64,000 nucleotides of DNA from Heteronotia binoei (taxonomy: Eukaryota). Shown piece by piece: positions 1 to 10,869 of this stretch. How positions within the stretch are numbered: position 1 is the stretch's first letter; the number at the start of each line of letters is the position of its first letter. The notes under the pieces were generated by a model. The model was not told the origin of the DNA and made no database searches. It saw only the letters and a list, made by a program, of their open reading frames with translations. The stretch covers positions 17,174,001 through 17,238,000 of the forward strand of contig NC_083234.1 in the NCBI RefSeq assembly GCF_032191835.1, given 5' to 3'. The translations under genes were made by a program, and so were the position numbers.

Positions 1-879
1 GTGGGGCTGGGGGCAACTCAAGGACAGGCCTGCTCTGACCTTTCACCCACACAGCATGGCCTACCCTTGCAAAGCTTTCTGTCTCCCAGAGATTGTTGCA
101 ATGGTTGGAACAATTGGGGCAGGCTTCCAAATGTGTGTGCATTTTTTAAAAATCCACTGCATGGTTAATCAGAGATTCTTTTAAAACCATTCTTCAATCA
201 GTTCAGCATTTCTTTGATTAAAATTACAGCTCCTATAAGACTGAACATTTTACCACTGGTGCTGTTTGGGGCTATTGAAAGAAATGTCCAAGAACTGTTG
301 GCCCAATGTGGGTAATGTTGATACTCTTTTTGTTTTTTCCTTCCCAGTTGTCAAGTAGCGCACCCAATCCCAAAGAGCCTCCAACATTAAGTAGGTACGG
401 CTGCAAGAAGCTCACAGCAGAAGAGCCTTTCTGGATACAAACTCTCCAGTCCAGCCTCCTGCTTCCCAGAAATGTCACTGGGGGGGTGGGGAGACAAAAG
501 CCTTCCTCCTCTGCCTGCCTTCCCCAGGGAGTAGCATTCGGTGGTACCTCTGAATATGGATCTTCCATTCAGCTGACCTGGTTAATAAGAACATCCTTCC
601 TGGAGCTGACTGAAGGTCCCTCTAGTCTGAAGGTCTGGCTGAGCGTTCTGGGTGATGCCAACGCTTGTGCCTGACTCAACATGAATCTGTGACTGTATCA
701 ACATCTCAATATTGCATATGCGCCTGACGAAGCTCACTGGGAAACGGCGAGGACGCCAGTCTGCCGTTGCGCTTTCTCATCAAACTACTGGGACTGGACT
801 CTACAACACCATTGAGCTGAAGAAGGCAGAGCTGTGCTCTTGCAAACAGATAAGCATATGGGGACATAGCACCTGACAT

Positions 880-1023
880 TGTTTTACAATATATTTTATA
901 TATTTTATCTATGATGTATTCTTATTCTTATGCTATATTAATATTGGTTTTTATGACCTTGAATGTGAGCCGTCCTGAGCCTGCCTCGGCAGAGAGGGTG
1001 GGATATAAATCTAATAAATAAAT
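880..1023 (+). mobile_element. L2 LINE 3' tail fragment
   Basis: gtgagccg..ctgag...gggatataaatctaataaataaat terminus. Confidence 0.5.
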
Positions 1024-1805
1024 ATTTTTTTTAAGCTTCGGCTTATTTGTGAATGAGATTTATGATCACTTGTTTGAGTCTGTATGTTTTGAATTGAGAC
1101 TGTCTGTGTACAGTATTACATGTGTGTTACTATGATCTTTATGCACTTATAAGCACTTTATTTGAGTTTTCTAATACAATATACCGTACTTTTTGCAGAA
1201 TTTGGCAGTAAGCTTTCACTTTTGTGGTTAGCTCTATAGCACAGTCTCCTCTTTTGTGAATCCCTCTAGTCCAGCATCCTGATTTTCACAGAGGCCAATC
1301 AGAGCAAGAAGACAAATCGATCACTTGCTGCTGCAGCTGCTCCCTTAAATCTCAGCTTCATCTATTGCAATCGCTCTCCCTCCCCAATAGTTAACAAACT
1401 AAAGGGTTCACTGAGAAATCAATTGAACTCATTACATTCTGCAGGCCTACTTTGGAGACATCCTTGTGAAGGAATTGTTACCACATCTCAAAAAAGATAT
1501 TATAGCCTTGGAAGAGGTGCAGAAAAGGGCAACTAAAACGATTACGGGAATGGAGCGCTTTCCCTATCAAGAAAGGTTAAAGAGGTTAGGGCTCTTTAGC
1601 TTGGAGAAATGACAACTGAGGGACGACACGATAGAGGCTTACAAAGTTATGCATGGAATAGAGAAGGTAGAGAAAAAAAGTACATGATAGAGGCTTACAA
1701 AATTATGCATGGAATAGAGAAGGTAGAGAAAAAAGTACTGTTCTCCCTTTCTCACAATACAAGAGCTCATGGACACTCAAATGAAATTGATAAACAGTAG
1801 GCTTA

Positions 1806-2066
1806 GAAGACGACTAGATTTATACCCTACCCTTCTCTCTGAATCAGAGTGGCTCACAATCTCCTTTATCTTCTTCCCCCACAACAGACACCCTGTGAGA
1901 TACGTGGGGCTGACAGAGCTCTCCCAGAAGCTACCCTTTCAAGGACAGCTCTGTGAAACCTATGGATGATCCAAGGCCATTCCAGCAGATGCAAGCAGAA
2001 GAGTGGAGAATCAATCCCTGTTCTCCCAGATAAGAGTCCACACACTTAACCACTACACCAAACTGG
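1806..2066 (-). mobile_element. tRNA/CORE SINE with L2-type tail (Squam3-like)
   Basis: Reverse complement of the ccagtttggtgtagtggttaag...cctcacagggtgtctgttgtgggg...gattgtgagcc family. Confidence 0.85.
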
Positions 2067-2170
2067 ATCAAAAGAAGTATTTTTTCAGCCAAAGAGTCAT
2101 TAACACACAGAACTCACTGTTGCAGGGTGGCAGCTACAAGTATAGACAGCTTCAAGAGAGGACTGGATGA

Positions 2171-2782
2171 CTTTGGTACATGCTTTCAGCTGCACGGACA
2201 TTGTATGCGCAGTTGTGGAAGCAAAATAAAATTCCAGAAAAATGGGATTGGGTTATGAAAACTATGCACTGGAGTGAAATGGACAAATTAACAAGAACAC
2301 TAAAGGAACTTGATATGGAAAAATTTAATAATGAAGGGCAAAAGTTTCAGAACTATGTGGAAGAACATTGGAGAGTGAAAGGACACTTGGTGATATTTGA
2401 TAATGGATAACTTGTTTATTAGCTATTTTTAATTTACTGAGACAAGAATGATAGTTAAAATAAGAGTATGAGAAAATATTTTGTTCTTTCTTAAAAGATT
2501 ATAATAAGATAGATAATATGACTTAATTTAGTAATATATTGGATCATTAATCGAATGAGGTAATGACCATAAAGAAATATAAGTTCCTTTTTTCTTTTTA
2601 AACAGTTTTTTTTTTAATGTCAAATTACCTTTATTGCTTTTATATTGTAAGTAACACTGGGGAAGTCTTGAAAGGGAGGAGGGGAGGTGGAAAATGTGAT
2701 GCAACATATTGACTTTTATTTGAGAGAAGTAAAGCAAATAGTGATATAATATGTTGTAGAATAATAAAAATTGTTTTTACAT
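2171..2782 (+). mobile_element. 5'-truncated L1/Tx1-like LINE 3' end with 17-bp target-site duplication
   Basis: ORF2 C-terminal AARTLYAQLWKQ..IP..W; flanked by aagagaggactggatga at 2154-2170 and 2783-2799. Confidence 0.8.
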
Positions 2783-3277
2783 AAGAGAGGACTGGATGAT
2801 GATATGGAACAGAAGTTCATCAGTGGCTTTTAGCCACAAGGTATATGGAACATTGTGTCTGGGGCAGTGATGCTCTGTTTTCTTGGTGCTTGTGGGGGGG
2901 GGCGGGGCAAAAGCAGGAGGACTTTTGGAGTTCTGGCCCTGCTGGTGGACCTCCTGATGGCACTTGGGCTGGCCACAAGTGCTGGATTGGATCGGCCATT
3001 GGCCTGATCCAACATGGCTTCTCTTACATTTTTGACTTAGTACCTTCGTTTACAGTGCTTTGACAGGAATGTTTTATTTGGTGCACCACTTTCTTGGTAG
3101 CTTAGCCGTCAGCTTTGTTTCAGAATTCTATAACCCTAGCCCTATCACATTGCTTATTGGATGTCCAGTCCTGCTGACTGTGTTGGCTTGCACTATGCAA
3201 TCTGCTTCAAGTTTCGCTAAGACAGAATATAAACAGCATAATAAAACTGCATTGTGTAGCATGATATGCATCCTCAC

Positions 3278-3378
3278 CTTTTCATCCCATTCGGACATAT
3301 GAGGGGCCAACTCCTTGGCAGCAAAGTCAAAGGCAACTCTTTGGAATTCTTTCTGTTCCTCCGTCAAACCCACCGAAG
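3278..3378 (-). CDS. ACAD8: ACAD8 coding exon 2 (isobutyryl-CoA dehydrogenase); gene continues past window start
   Basis: tttgcatcccAG|CT...GAA AAG|GTGAGG, 101 nt. Encodes [34 protein letters not shown], matching ACAD8. Confidence 0.95.
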
Positions 3379-3774
3379 CTGGGATGCAAAAGAGAGATTT
3401 CCCCCCCGCCAAGGTAGGTACATCATTATCTTTCCCTCCTCCGTTATTCTTACAACAACCCTAACAGGCAGGCCCTTGTGTGAGAAAGGGACTCACCTCT
3501 TGATCGGATTTCAGGGATTTGAATTCAGGTCTTTCTCTGACTCTCTAAGAGCTATGTTTTTCTTCCACATATCCAAGGAAGTGAATTGTGTATCTGAAAA
3601 AGTGAGTAGCGACTCACGAAAGCTCCTACTCTGCCACAAATGTTGTTAGTCTTTAAGGTGCTCCTGGAGACTTACTCTTTTCTGCTACTCCATGACAGTA
3701 GCTCATGAGGCATTCTCACATGGCTAACCCACAACTGGGATAGAACGAAGTAGGAGTCAAGTTCACCTTTAAGA

Positions 3775-4036
3775 AGACGATGACGAAGACATTGGATTTA
3801 TATTCCACACAAGAGTCTCAGAGCAGCTCACAATCTCCTTTCCCCACAACAGACACCCTGTGAGGTGGGTGGGGCTGAGAGGACTCTCACAGCAGCTCCA
3901 TTTCAAGGACAACCTCTGCCAGAGCTATGGCTGACCCAAGGCCCTGCTAGCAGATGCAAGTGGAGGAGTGGGGAATCAAACCTGGTTCTCCCAGATAAGA
4001 GTCCGCGCACTTAACCACTACACCAAACTGGTCTCT
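3775..4036 (-). mobile_element. Squam3-like SINE
   Basis: Family consensus match. Confidence 0.85.
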
Positions 4037-4039
4037 CTT

Positions 4040-4290
4040 AAGGCCAACAAGGTTTTCTTCAGAATGTAAGCTTTTGTGTGCTAGAAGCACACTTCATCAG
4101 ACAATAGGATGGAATGGCAGGGGGAAAAAAAGGACTGTTTGCCATTCCATCCTATTGTCTGATGAAGTGTGCTTCTAGCACACAAAAGTTTACATTCTGA
4201 AGAAAACTTCATTGGTCTTAAAAGTGAAACTTGACTCCTACTTTGTTCTATTGCTTCAGACCAACACGGCCGCCCACTTGGATCTACCTA
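4040..4290. mobile_element. Penelope-like inverted pair (hairpin, ~70-bp arms)
   Basis: ...gcacacttcatcagacaataggatggaatggca / tgccattccatcctattgtctgatgaagtgtgc...; ctgatgaag...aaag..tacattctga motif typical of Penelope 3' ends. Confidence 0.65.
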
Positions 4291-5515
4291 CATGGAATGC
4301 ACAACTGGGATGTTTGCAGAGTCCCACATCTGTCACCGGGTGCCACACCCTAGGGACACAGCCTTGTTTGGTGGGGACAGATGTGTCCAGGGTTGCCAAT
4401 CAGCAGGCAGGGCCCAGAAATCTCCCAGAATTACAACTGATCTCCAAACTACAAAGATCTGTTCCTCTGGAGGAAACAGCAGCTTCAGATGAACTATCTA
4501 TGCTGATTCAGTGAACTTAGGCAGATAATGAGAAAGAGAGCAGGAAGGACTGCATCAGTACTTAGTTCTCGTGGCCCTTTCTTACACTCCCAGGGAAATC
4601 CTGTTTGCCACTTTGGAGACAAGTAGCAATTTTTCCAACAGGCTAGTTTGGCCAGGGATCCTGCATGGTTTTTTGCCATCTTCTGGGCATGGCGAAGAAG
4701 TTCCTAAGCAGGGGTGGGGAAGCTAGTTGTGAAGTTCCTGCATTGTGCAAGGGGTTGGACTAGATGATCCTGGAGGTCCCTCCCAACTCTATGATTCTAT
4801 GAGGCATCATACCTCTGCTGAGGTCCTTCCCCTGTTCAAATCCTCCCTTTCCCCAGATGCCAACCCTCAAATCTCCAGAAATTTCTAAATCTAGAACTGG
4901 CGACCCCTCAAAGACAGACAGACATATTTCATCCTTGGAGCCCAGTCCCTGCCTTGCTTCCACCCACAGAAGACCAGCATAGAACACACTATCCAGTTTC
5001 CATGACCCCATCTTCCAGAATAACTTGTCAGGTGCAGTCAAGAAACCGCCTTTTCTTATTCAACGCTCACCATCCTTACCAATTCCTTCCTTCCTCATCT
5101 TGTTCGCCACAAACCACTGGACGTCTGTATACAGCCTCCTCCCCCTTACCCCCCAATCCCATATCTTCTTGGAATGCTGACATTAAGTCTACCCAGTCCA
5201 GTAGCAAGGCTTCATTTAGCGTCAAAGTAGGTAGAAATCCAACAGGTGTTGCTTCTTGGTCTCATCGTCATATCTCCGTAGCGGAAAAAAGGAGGCCCCT
5301 ATTGGATTTCTGCCAGGGAGAAATCCAACAGGTGGTGCTTTCCCCGCTGTTGCATTCCCACGCAGGGATCAAAAAGACACCATCTGGCGGCCTTCTACCT
5401 GCCATGCCACTTTTAAAGGCAAGGGAGCCCTGTCGTGGGGGTACAGAGAGATTTAGCTCTCTTCCCATAAATCCCACAGTCCCCATGCACACGCCTTCTT
5501 CTCTCTGATCCTTAC

Positions 5516-5615
5516 GATCAATGCAGGAGGCAATCCCTCGGCGCCCCCACACCTGTTTGCGTCCAAGGCACCTTCGCAGCTGGAGCTGCAGCCTGCAGCA
5601 ACCCCTCCAAGCCAT
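5516..5615 (-). CDS. ACAD8: ACAD8 coding exon 1 (mitochondrial targeting peptide, MAWRGCC...GIASCID)
   Basis: ATG at 5615; 100 nt ending ATT GAT C|GTAAGG (phase 1). Arg-rich presequence ending ASCID, like human ...TSCID. Confidence 0.9.
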
Positions 5616-5659
5616 GGCAAGCGGTGCTCTGGCTACTAACGTCACGCCTCCCGCACCGC

Positions 5660-5975
5660 TCGCCGGGATTTGTAGTTTCAGGCTCTGTCTCCAATAATCT
5701 TTTTTTATGGGCAGTCCGCTACAACGAGACTACTTTTCCCAGAAGACATCGCGAAGGGCTGCAAGGACCTTTGGGAGTTGTAGTGCATGTCTCTACTCGA
5801 GACCCTCTGTGCAGGCTCGCTGATTGGTGGGCAGACGGGGGCCGGTCTTAAAGGTACGGTCGTTAAGTATTATTTGTCCGCCGAATTCGATCAGGCAGCT
5901 CGTCGTGCGCCGCGGAAGTGTATTTGCTCCAGGAATTTTAACCTTGCGTCCTGTTTGCAAAAGTGGGCGGGAGCT
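5660..5975. promoter_or_regulatory. Bidirectional ACAD8/THYN1 promoter
   Basis: CpG-rich. ACTACAnnTCCC-type motifs at 5665-5676(-), 5729-5745(+) and 5773-5784(-); CCAAT (ATTGG 5823-5827); ETS core GCGGAAGTG 5912-5920. Confidence 0.75.
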
Positions 5976-6064
5976 ATTTTTGCAGAAAGAGCTGGGCGAA
6001 GGCGACAGCGAGAGGGAAGGAGATCTACACAATTGCAAAGAATACCATCGTCCCTGTTTAGCAG
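5930..6064 (+). other. THYN1: Probable non-coding first exon of THYN1 (start approximate)
   Basis: Donor GCAG|GTATAG at 6064/6065 just downstream of the promoter. In-frame TAG at 6059-6061 makes it non-coding when spliced to 8682. Confidence 0.45.
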
Positions 6065-6269
6065 GTATAGGAACCCATTGTCCGCGGTTGTGCTGGTCTG
6101 GACGTGCATTCATTATGCATTTAATACTGGAGCATATGCCCCAGCTATGTTATCCAACGAGGAGTAGCGGCTAGAGTCCGGGAGACCAGGGCTCAGTCAG
6201 AGCTTGAATTTGCTAGTCATTCTCTCGTACCTCACAGGGTTGTTGTGAAGATATAGGAGGAAGGGAAGG

Positions 6270-6430
6270 CCTGACCTGGATAACCCAGGCTGACCTGATC
6301 CCGTGAGATCTCGGAAGCTAAGCTGCTTACTTTTGGACTCTTGGCTAGCATTTGGATGGGCGACCTCCAAGAAATACCAGGGCTGTAATGCAGAGGAAAG
6401 CAATGCCAAATCACGTCTCTTGCCTCAAAA
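6270..6430 (+). mobile_element. 5S rRNA-derived SINE (other copies 24800-24968(-), 45590-45720(+), ~55480-55590(-))
   Basis: gatctcggaagctaagc...ggctagcatttggatggg.gacc resembles the 5S internal promoter, followed by an RTE-like gcaatg.caaa tail. Confidence 0.7.
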
Positions 6431-6939
6431 AACAAGTTTAGCTCTCCACCAAGTGGTGCATAACACTAAAAGAGCTAGAACTTCTGACTGCCAGACAATC
6501 TTAGAATCTCCTGGCTATTCTATACACACTAACATACTGCCATGTGATAACTAATTAATTAGGAAGAAGGGAGAAATATGTATGCAGCTTATAGCTCCTT
6601 GCACAAAGTGGCAGATTCAAAATGCAACCAATGCCAATCTAGTTAGATGGTCGCAGCAATATGCAGCTTGGCTGGCTTATTAGAGTCACCTTTCTATAGC
6701 TGCTTTTCTACCACCTGCAACTCCAATTGAGAGCTGGTGGTCTGGGTCTGAACTGTGTAGTTGCGGGGGGGTGGGGCTAGTAAGGGAGGGATTGCTTGGG
6801 TCCTGCTGAGGACTGCTGGGGAGGATCAGACAGCTGAAGCAGATGATTGCAATGGGTGGCAAGTCTGGCCTTTGGGAAAACCACATTTTTGTGCTTTCCT
6901 GCCTTTTTCAGCAGTGGCTTTATGGCATCGTTCAACCAT

Positions 6940-7250
6940 AGAAGAAGAATTGCAGACTTATACCCTGCCCTTCTCTCTGAATCAGAGACTCAGAGCGGCT
7001 TACAATCTCCCATATCTTCTCCCCCCCACAACAGACACCCTGTAGGTGGGTGGGGCTGAGAGGGCTCTCACAGCAGATGCCCTTTCAAGGACAACCTCTG
7101 CCAGAGCTATGGCTGACCCAAGGCCATTCCAGCAGGTGCAAGTGGAGGAGTGGGGAATCAAACCAGGTTCTCCCAGATAAGAGTCCACACACTTAACCAC
7201 TACATCAGACTGGCTCTCTGCACCAAACTGAACCACTACGCCAGACTGGC
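6940..7250 (-). mobile_element. Squam3-like SINE with duplicated head end
   Basis: Family match; aaccactac...actggc is repeated at the 5' end. Confidence 0.85.
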
Positions 7251-7657
7251 ATAGTTGGTGGAAGTGAATCACTTTCTGTTTCAGCTCAATTGCTATTATC
7301 AGGAATATGCTACTTCTGAAAGCCAGCTGGTTGCAAATGTTTTTCTTTCCTATTTAGTTTTGCCAACCTCTGGGCAAGGCAATCCTGGCATTACAGCTGG
7401 GATTACAGAGATCTCATTGGGAAAAATGGCCATTTCAGAGGGTGGAATTTATGGTGTCACATGCCTGCTGAGCTCCATTCCTTTCCCAAACTCTGCTGTC
7501 AAGTCTCCAGGAATTTCCCAATCTGGAGTAAGCAACTGTCTTCCCGGCTCTCATCCGTTTCTGGAGTTAATATGATTTCATACCTAAGCACAGAATTGTC
7601 CATTCGTGTGCAGTTCTTGCCACACAATGTGTATTGCGCTATCCTAAGCACACTTAT

Positions 7658-7945
7658 GGAAGACCCCTGTGGCGCAGGGTGGTAAAGCTGCAGTACTGGA
7701 GTCCTAAGCTCTGCTCACGACCTGAGTTCAATCCCAGCGAAAATTGGGTTCAGGTAGCCGGCTTGAGGTTGACTCAGCCTTCCATCCTTCGGAGGTCGGT
7801 AAAATGAGTACCCAGCTTGCTGGGGGGAAAGCGTAGATGACTGGGGAAGGCAATGGCAAACCACCCTGTGAAAAGTCTGCCATGAAAACGTTGTGAAAGC
7901 AACGTCACCCCAGAGTTGGAAACGACTGGTGCTTGCACAGGGGAC
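7658..7945 (+). mobile_element. tRNA-derived SINE with RTE/Bov-B-type tail (Sauria-SINE class); other copies 17921-18212(-), 18512-18797, 33718-34018, 37803-38045, 43765-44062, 60030-60312
   Basis: gttgactcagccttccatccttccgaggtcggtaaaatgagtacccagc core plus ggggaaggcaatggcaaaccac and gcacaggggactaccttta tail. Confidence 0.85.
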
Positions 7946-8226
7946 TAGCCAGTTTGGTGTAGTGGTTAAGTGTGCGGACTCTTATCTGGGAGAACCGGGT
8001 TTGATTCCCCACTCCTCCACTTGCACCTGCTAGCATGGCCTTGGGTCAGCCATAGCTCTGGCAGAGGTTGTCCTTGAAAGGGCAGCTGATGTGAGAGCCC
8101 TCTCCAGCCCCACCCACCTCACAGGGTGTCTGTTGTGGGGGAGGAAGGTAAAGGAGATTGTGAGCCGCTCTGAGACTCTTCGGAGTGGAGGGCGGGATAT
8201 AAATCCAATATCTTCATCTTCTTCTT
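7946..8226 (+). mobile_element. Squam3-like SINE, near-consensus, inserted at the tail of the preceding SINE
   Basis: Full head to aatatcttcatcttcttc tail. Confidence 0.9.
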
Positions 8227-8711
8227 TTTAAGCGCACTTATGCAACCAAGTTCCATGGGACTTGCTCTCTTGTAAATATTGTTAGGCTTATTGCAGCCAC
8301 ACTTGAGGAATGCCACAGTGGTGTCAGTTGCTGGTCCTCGTGGGCAAGTCAGTCTCTGGAGGGATAATAGGGTTGCCATGTCTGCCCTGGTCACTGCCAG
8401 GGCAGATCCAGATCCAGGATATTTGTGGGTGGAGCCTGGGGAAAACAGGGGTAGAATTCCATAGGGTCCACCCTCCAAAGCATCTCTTTGGTCCTGGGAG
8501 ACTGATCTTGATAATCCAGAGATGAACTGTAATTCCTGGAGATCCCCAGGTCTTACCTGGAGGCTGGCATCCCAAAAACTCTTTTCTCTCTCTATGCTCC
8601 TGCAAAACCTCAGCAGTCCATATTCTGTTTTGCTTCCTCTGAGGATGTATGTTATTTTCCACCTTGTTCTCCTCTTCCTAGGTGCCCAGCCTGCTTCCAA
8701 GAAGCTGGGGA

Positions 8712-8754
8712 ATGCCGCCACGAGGCAAAAAAAGAGCCGGAGGGCCCTTGAAAG
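8712..8754 (+). CDS. THYN1: THYN1 coding exon 1 (exon begins 8682)
   Basis: Acceptor ctcttcctAG|8682; ATG 8712; MPPRGKKRAGGPLK+G, 43 nt, donor GTTAGC (phase 1). Confidence 0.8.
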
Positions 8755-9258
8755 GTTAGCGGGGAAACCAAAGACTGGTGGGTTTGTCCTGTTCACTTTC
8801 TTATTGTGTGGACGTGTGTGTTAAAGAACCGGCTTGGGATGCATCTGCCTGTTTCTGGTTTTGGATGCATGCCATACAAGGGCTATGGAAATGTAAGGTG
8901 TTACAGTCCTGTTAAAGGTCTGAGTGGGGAGTTGGAATCGGCATGTGGAAGTCACCACTATTCACCACGTCTGGGTCCATGCAGTTCCTAAGCCTCTAAC
9001 CGCAAACACTCTTTTCTGTCTAGTCCATATTGGCTAACTACACACAGCCTCTCCTTTTCTCAGCTCTTTGCCACTCTGTTCCTCCCTTGGGTCTCTGCTA
9101 CTTCACTCAGGACATTATTCCCTCCTGATCCCCACCTTCTGGTAGGGCTGCCAGCCTCCAAGTAGGGCCTGGAGACTTCTCAGAATTACAACTAATTCCC
9201 AGCCTACAGAGATCAGTTCTCTTGGAGGAAATGGAAACTTTGGATAGTGTGCTCTATT

Positions 9259-9442
9259 CAGGACTTTTTTTTGTAGCAGGAGCTCCTTTGCATATTAGGC
9301 CACACACCCCCTGATGTAGCCAATCCTTCTGGAGCTTACAGTAGGCCCTGTACTAAGAGCTCTGTAAGCTCTTGGAGGATTGGCTACATCAGGGGTGTGC
9401 AGCCTAATATACAAAGGAGTTCCTGCTACAAAAGAAGCCCTG
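9259..9442. mobile_element. Palindromic hAT-type MITE
   Basis: cagg.ctttttttgtagcaggagctcctttgcatattaggcc...ggctacatcagggg...cctgctacaaaa.aagccctg. Confidence 0.8.
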
Positions 9443-9599
9443 GAAGGTATTATACCCTGCTGATGTCCCTCCACTCCACTCCCCAAATGCACCTTTCCCT
9501 AGCTCAGCTTCCAAATCTCACTTAAGACCACGCCTCAAGCTTTATTTTTGATAGGACAAATCTCCATGATAACCTCTCCTCTTTCCTGTGTGCCTTAAG

Positions 9600-9811
9600 C
9601 TACCAAAGAACCTGTCTTGAAAGTGGCCAAATCTGAGATCCCAAAGGACGAAGAGGTACCAGTGATGGTCAAAAAGTCTGGAAAGAGAAACCCCGGGAAA
9701 ACCTCTGCAGGAAGAGCCAGCACAAAGCAGGAAGGGAACCAGAAAACCTACACCCATTGGCTGATGAAATCTGAACCAGAGAGCAGGCTGGAGAAGGGAG
9801 TGGATGTCAAG
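9600..9811 (+). CDS. THYN1: THYN1 coding exon 2
   Basis: 212 nt ending HWLMKSEPESRLEKGVDVK|GTAAGC (start of EVE domain). The upstream AG at 9553 is excluded by an in-frame TAA. Confidence 0.92.
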
Positions 9812-10542
9812 GTAAGCCGGCAATCTTCTCTTTCCATTTGCACTTCCCATAATACCTGCCTTGCAACTAGCTAGAGGGCACAGATTTTTACTTTGGGAAT
9901 CCTGGCAGGCTTCTCAGCTGTCTTCAATTTGCAGTTCCAGGATTAAGTCTCTTGTTTTCTCCTTAAAATGCCAGCTGAACTTAAAGGGGAAAGCAATTCC
10001 CAGTTGTGTCGTATCTGCCTGAAGGTTCTCATTTTTTTCCATAAATCCTCCTTTTTGTTTTGAACAGCAACATCCCGGAGTGCCGGTTAAACAAGTAATT
10101 AACACCTTTCTACTGTATACATTTAGTGATATGGCCATCAGCCATAATAACTGGCAGGCTTTTAATTTTTTTTTTTCAACAAATAAGCCAAACGCAAATA
10201 TGTTCTTGTTAGACAAACAACATGCTTTAGCAGATGTCCGTAGTTATTATCTGCATTAACAGACAGCAGATTAAAAGGCTGTATCTGAGCCAAGCTGCAT
10301 TATAACAATCCGGGCCAATTTGTACGTCATGGTCCAGTTCTCCACAGTTTCTGTTTCTCTCGAGTTCATTTTCATTCCACCCTTCCTCCAGTGAGCAGAG
10401 GGCAGGGAACATAATTCTTCCATCAACATTCAGCCTTCACAGCAACCCTGTAAGGCAGGTTAAGCTGAGTGTGTGACTGGCCCGAGGTCACCCAGCGAGC
10501 TTCATGGTGGACCATGGATTTGAATGTGGGTCTCCCAAGTCC

Positions 10543-10822
10543 CAGTTTGGTGTAGTGGTTAAGTGTGCGGACTCTTATCTAGGAGAACTGGGTTTGATTC
10601 CCCACTCCTCCACTTGCACCTGCTGGAATGGCCTTGGGTCAGCCATCGCTCTGGCAGAGGTTGTCCTTGAAAGGGCAGCTGCTGTGAGAGCCCTCTCCAG
10701 CCCCACCCACCTCACAGGGTGTCTGTTGTGGGGGAGGAAGGTAAAGGAGATTGTGAGCCGCTCTGAGACTCTTCGGAGTGGAGGGTGGGATATAAATCCA
10801 ATATCTTCTTCTTCTTCTTCTT
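10543..10822 (+). mobile_element. Squam3-like SINE
   Basis: Near-identical to 7946-8226; (CTT)n tail. Confidence 0.9.
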
Positions 10823-10869
10823 CTTATATTAACCTGATTCTGGTGTGGAGGATTGGGTGCCTGCTGCAG

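Larger units (their letters stand above)
1455..3027 (+). mobile_element. CR1 LINE 3' region, interrupted by a SINE and an L1-like fragment
   Basis: Degenerate [31 protein letters not shown]-terminus and ...ggcctgatccaacatggcttctctta tail. Confidence 0.85.

Noticed and set aside
348-390. Plus-strand 43-nt exon-like segment (strong acceptor, GTAGGT donor) antisense to ACAD8
   Set aside because: Isolated, with no partner exons found; such signals arise by chance.
1-1450. Search for ACAD8 exon 3 (ELFPVD...)
   Set aside because: Not found in any minus-strand frame; it must lie beyond the window start.
5233-5340. 22-bp direct repeat agaaatccaacaggtg(t/g)tgctt x2 in ACAD8 intron 1
   Set aside because: Only two copies, no flanking structure; likely a local duplication or TE remnant.
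8119-8796. 225-aa minus-strand ORF
   Set aside because: Stitched across MITE and SINE sequence and antisense to the THYN1 exon; no coherent protein features.
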